A stretch of 61,362 nt of DNA, filler included, from Malassezia furfur (Eukaryota): NCBI GenBank assembly GCA_052055015.1. It is 9 parts of 9 records of this genome, joined end to end, with 100 filler letters (N's around TTAATTAATTAA, not from the genome) between each part and the next. Parts side by side here need not be neighbours in the genome. Positions count along the whole stretch, not along the records: positions 54,720 to 61,362 come from JBQJIT010000532.1; 8 more parts are not named here. The stretch is one strand, 5' to 3'. The position numbers and the translations under genes were made by a program. Shown in pieces: positions 58,116 to 61,362 of the stretch (positions are counted from its first letter, which is position 1; each line of letters opens with the position of its first letter). The notes under the pieces are model-generated. The model saw only the letters and a list, made by a program, of their open reading frames with translations. It was not told where the DNA came from and made no database searches.

Positions 58116-60884
58116 ATGGACGACGAGGCGGACGCGTCCTCGCTGTTCTTCCACGCGAGCCAGTCATCCAATGCGTCAGGTGAGCACCCTAGGCGCCTGG
58201 CACACCTTGCGGCGTCGTTCAGACTCACCGACGCCGAGATCGCCTTCTTCGATGCGGTCGTTGCGTCGCTGCCCGACGCTTCCGACGGCTTTGGGCATCT
58301 GAAGCGCGCGTACGATGCGCAGATGCGCGTGCCAACACTGGTGCACTCCGTCGCACGCGCACTGGATGTTGGACCAGACGACACAACGGCGGTCGATGCG
58401 CGGCTATGGAATACGCTCCTTGCGCTTGTCCAGGTGCGAGGCCATACATGGGCGGAGCGTTGGGATGCCGTGCGCGTTTCGCTGGGACTTGACCCTTGGG
58501 TGTCGGATGAAGACGACTCTTACTCGATGCATGAGCTTACGCGTGCGCTGCAGACACCGGCCCCGCCGGCGCACACCCCGGGGCCGTCGGCATGGGCACA
58601 GTACGATGCACCCTCTGCAACATACTCCCCTTGGTCGTCGCCGCGCAGCGTGTCGAGCGGCGATACTCACGACATTCCAAGTTCTCAGTGGATGCAACGC
58701 AGTGCTTCGCCGATGCGTGTTGGCGAGCTACAGCGTGCGCCGCTACCGACCGCGGCGTCGCTCGCATGGACCCCACACACGGCCCGCAGCAGGACGAGTC
58801 GCTCGCTGTATAGCAACGTGTCTGATGACGAGGTCGATGCGCCCTATGACTGGCGCGCTGCGCGCCGTTTAGGTACTGCCGAGGCTTGGAGTGCTACCCG
58901 TCTTCTCGGCCGCATGCTCCATCATTGGCGCACGGCGCTCCAAGCACGTCACGAGGCGATTGCTGGTGCAGCTCGAGCACACGACCGGTGTGTGGTGTCG
59001 CAGTGCCTGACCACCTGGCGCACGGCAACAAAGCAGGCAAAAAAGCGGCGCATGCTCGCTGCGGCGTATGCGGACCGTGCGCTGCTGCACCGCGCATGGA
59101 CTCACTGGGCGCGCCGCTGGACGGCGCTTCTCGATTCGCGGCGCGCCGAGCATCGCGCTATGCTGCGTGCGGCGTTTTACGAGGTGGAAACCCGGCGCAG
59201 CCGAGCGATCATCGCCGTTGCATGGACGGTATGTTGCTGACTTACCTAGCTCTGGCGCCAAGCGAGCGATCGGCACCTTGCCACGGCTGTTTGTGCCGCA
59301 CGGAGGAAGCAGGCGGCATTTGCAACCTGGCGTGCGCGGTCTGAAGATGCACGGGTACTGTCGGAGCGTGGTGCGGCTTTCCGTCGCCGTCGTGCACAGC
59401 GTACGCTACGCGATAGGTGGATGCGGTGGGCACGGCGCACCGAGGATCGCCGTGCACTCGCTGTGGCTACCGAACAGCGCCACATGCGGCAACAGTACAC
59501 AGCGTGGTCGACATGGCGCACGCGCCTTGCCCATGTCCGAGCGCTGGACGTGCGGGCCGAGGCGTGGGCCGACGCTGCTGCGCATCTGCATCTGCGTGAC
59601 ACGCTGCGCCGCTGGCAACTGCGTACGCGTGCGGCGGACGCTCTGCGTGCAGCAGATACACAGATTGTGCAGGCAGCATGGCGGACGTGGTGGGTCCGCT
59701 TCACCGAGCGCACCGTCGCCTGGCAGGGTACGTCGCTTCCTCACACAGACTATCAGGCGAACGCCGAGGCACAATGGGCGCGGCGGCGCACCGAACGTGC
59801 CTGGACGCACTGGGCGCAGCGCACCGCACACTGGGAGCGACAGGCGCAGTACGCGGTACGCACGCATGCGAAGCGGATGCTCTGGGCCGCGTACGTTCAG
59901 TGGGCTGCGCGCGCGCAGGCTCATAGAGAAGCGGCGCTGCGTGCGGACGCAGCTGCGCGGCTGCGTACGCTGCGTGGCGCATGGCGGCAGTGGCGCTCGG
60001 CGCAGCAGGCGGCGCACGCACGCCGCTTACGCGCTGCGCATGCAGCGCGGCTGCGGGGCGACGTGTTCCAAGCGTGGCGCTTGCGTGCCGCCCAGGCACA
60101 GCACTGGCGCACTGGCACCGCGCTACTCGAGGCGCAGACCGCCGCGCGCGTCCAGCGGACGTTCCTGGCACAGTGGCTCCGCCGTGCGCGTGCGCGTCGC
60201 ACTGCGTACCTGGAGGCGGCGCAGCATGCCGACACGCAATGTGCTGCGCGCGCCCTGGCGCACTGGCGCGCTCGGTGCCGCACCGTGCGTGCGCACACGG
60301 GCATGGCGGATGCCTTGCGTGCCGCTTATGACCAAGGTACGTGGCCGACTCACCAGACCGTGCACGGCATGCGTTGCATACTTGGGTACGTGCGCACCGG
60401 CTTGGTACGCTCGAAACCGCATGGAAAGCGGCGCGCGACGGCCACAGGCGCGCCGCGGCCTGGGAGCAGTGGCGCGACGCGTTGGCGCATGCGGCGCTCT
60501 CGTACGAGGTACGTGCGACGCTCACGCCAGGAATATGCGACGCTTGCAGCGCGGCGGCGGTGGATGCTGCGCCGCTGCTTTGCGCATTGGCTCGGCCGCA
60601 CGAGTGTGTTGCCTGCCGTGGAGCACCGGCGGAGCGCATTGCAGGCCCACGCGCTGCGCCGGTGGGTGGACAGGCTGCGTGCGCGGCAGCGCGAGGCGAC
60701 CGCGCGTGCGTTTGTCCAGGCGACCGTGCTGCGCGATGCACTCGCGACGTGGCGCGCCAAGCGCGCGTACCTCGCCGAGTTGCGTGCCGTCCAAGGCCTA
60801 CACACACGCGCGCGGCGCACCTCGTCGGACACGCACTTTCGGCGGCGGCTTGCGTTTGTGGCGCCCACGGCGCGTTTCTCGTAG
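58116..60884 (+). CDS. SFI1: Spindle pole body half-bridge protein Sfi1 (Trp-periodic centrin-binding repeats)
   Basis: Many A-x7-L-x3-[FW]-x2-W[RK]-type repeats. Introns 59229-59249, 59728-59748, 60337-60356 and 60509-60530 give a continuous repeat protein. Confidence 0.82.
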
Positions 60885-60889
60885 CGGCT

Positions 60890-61362
60890 CTACTTACGCG
60901 AGACATGGTACGAGCTCGCCTGGTTCGTCGGCAAGATGAGCACGTCGGCGATGTTGACGTGCGGCTTGCGACTCGCGGCCCACACGACCTCCTCAGCAAT
61001 GTCTTCGGCGGTGAGCGGCTCGATGCCCTCGTAGACCTTATCAGCGGCAGACTGATCGCCGCGGTAGCGCACAAGGCTGAACTCGGTCTCGACCATGCCT
61101 GGCTGGATCTCGCTCACGCGGATCGCCGTATCGACCAGCTCCATGCGCAGTGCAGTGGTGAACGAGTGCAGCGCGGCCTTCGACGCGCAGTACACCGATC
61201 CGCCCGGATACGGATTCACCCCCCCGATGGAGCCGAGGTTGATGATGTGACCCGCGTTGCGCGCCTTGAACTCGCGCACGAACTGCTGCGTGATGTGAAT
61301 CAGGCCATGCACGTTGGTGTTGAGCATGCGGTCGATCGCGTCCGGCTTGACGTCGCCGACGC
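60890..61362 (-). CDS. Classical SDR, YdfG/YMR226C-like NADP-dependent 3-hydroxy acid dehydrogenase, 5'-truncated
   Basis: NTNVHG, INLGSI, YPGGSVYCASK (YxxxK), IQPGMVETEFSLVR, PLTAEDIAE. Confidence 0.88.
   Translation of the reverse strand, partial: VGDVKPDAIDRMLNTNVHGLIHITQQFVREFKARNAGHIINLGSIGGVNPYPGGSVYCASKAALHSFTTALRMELVDTAIRVSEIQPGMVETEFSLVRYRGDQSAADKVYEGIEPLTAEDIAEEVVWAASRKPHVNIADVLILPTNQASSYHVSRK

Overview
Eukaryotic, GC-rich, extremely compact basidiomycete-yeast DNA, most likely Malassezia (inferred from protein content, gene density, tiny introns and a non-canonical telomere repeat). The window is not one locus. It is nine ~6.6-6.8 kb contigs, sorted by decreasing length and joined by artificial 100-nt N44-TTAATTAATTAA-N44 linkers, so adjacency across linkers means nothing. 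About 40 genes or gene fragments are recognisable (ATP2, CDC10, RAC1, CNB1, PRE3, GAR1, TRL1, DOA10, NUP192, RIM20, SFI1, TSR2, NPL4, SF3B2 and others). The strongest signal is a genome-wide set of ultra-short GT-AG introns of 20-27 nt; many are needed to restore conserved motifs, including a 20-nt and a stop-containing 21-nt intron in SFI1. Other highlights: a chromosome end with (TTAGGA)n next to a lower-GC FMO/MFS block and an intronless, bacterial-type NDH-2 that has a mitochondrial-like presequence (candidate HGT); a RAC1 lacking two P-loop residues; a candidate structured ncRNA after ATP2; a ~2,140-aa SH3BGR-domain protein with a repeat motif I do not recognise; a duplicated membrane-protein gene with a decayed copy and a duplicated TTAAT-N3-ATTAA element; and CACGTG boxes in many of the very short promoters. 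All gene models and introns were read by eye, with no alignments or transcript data.
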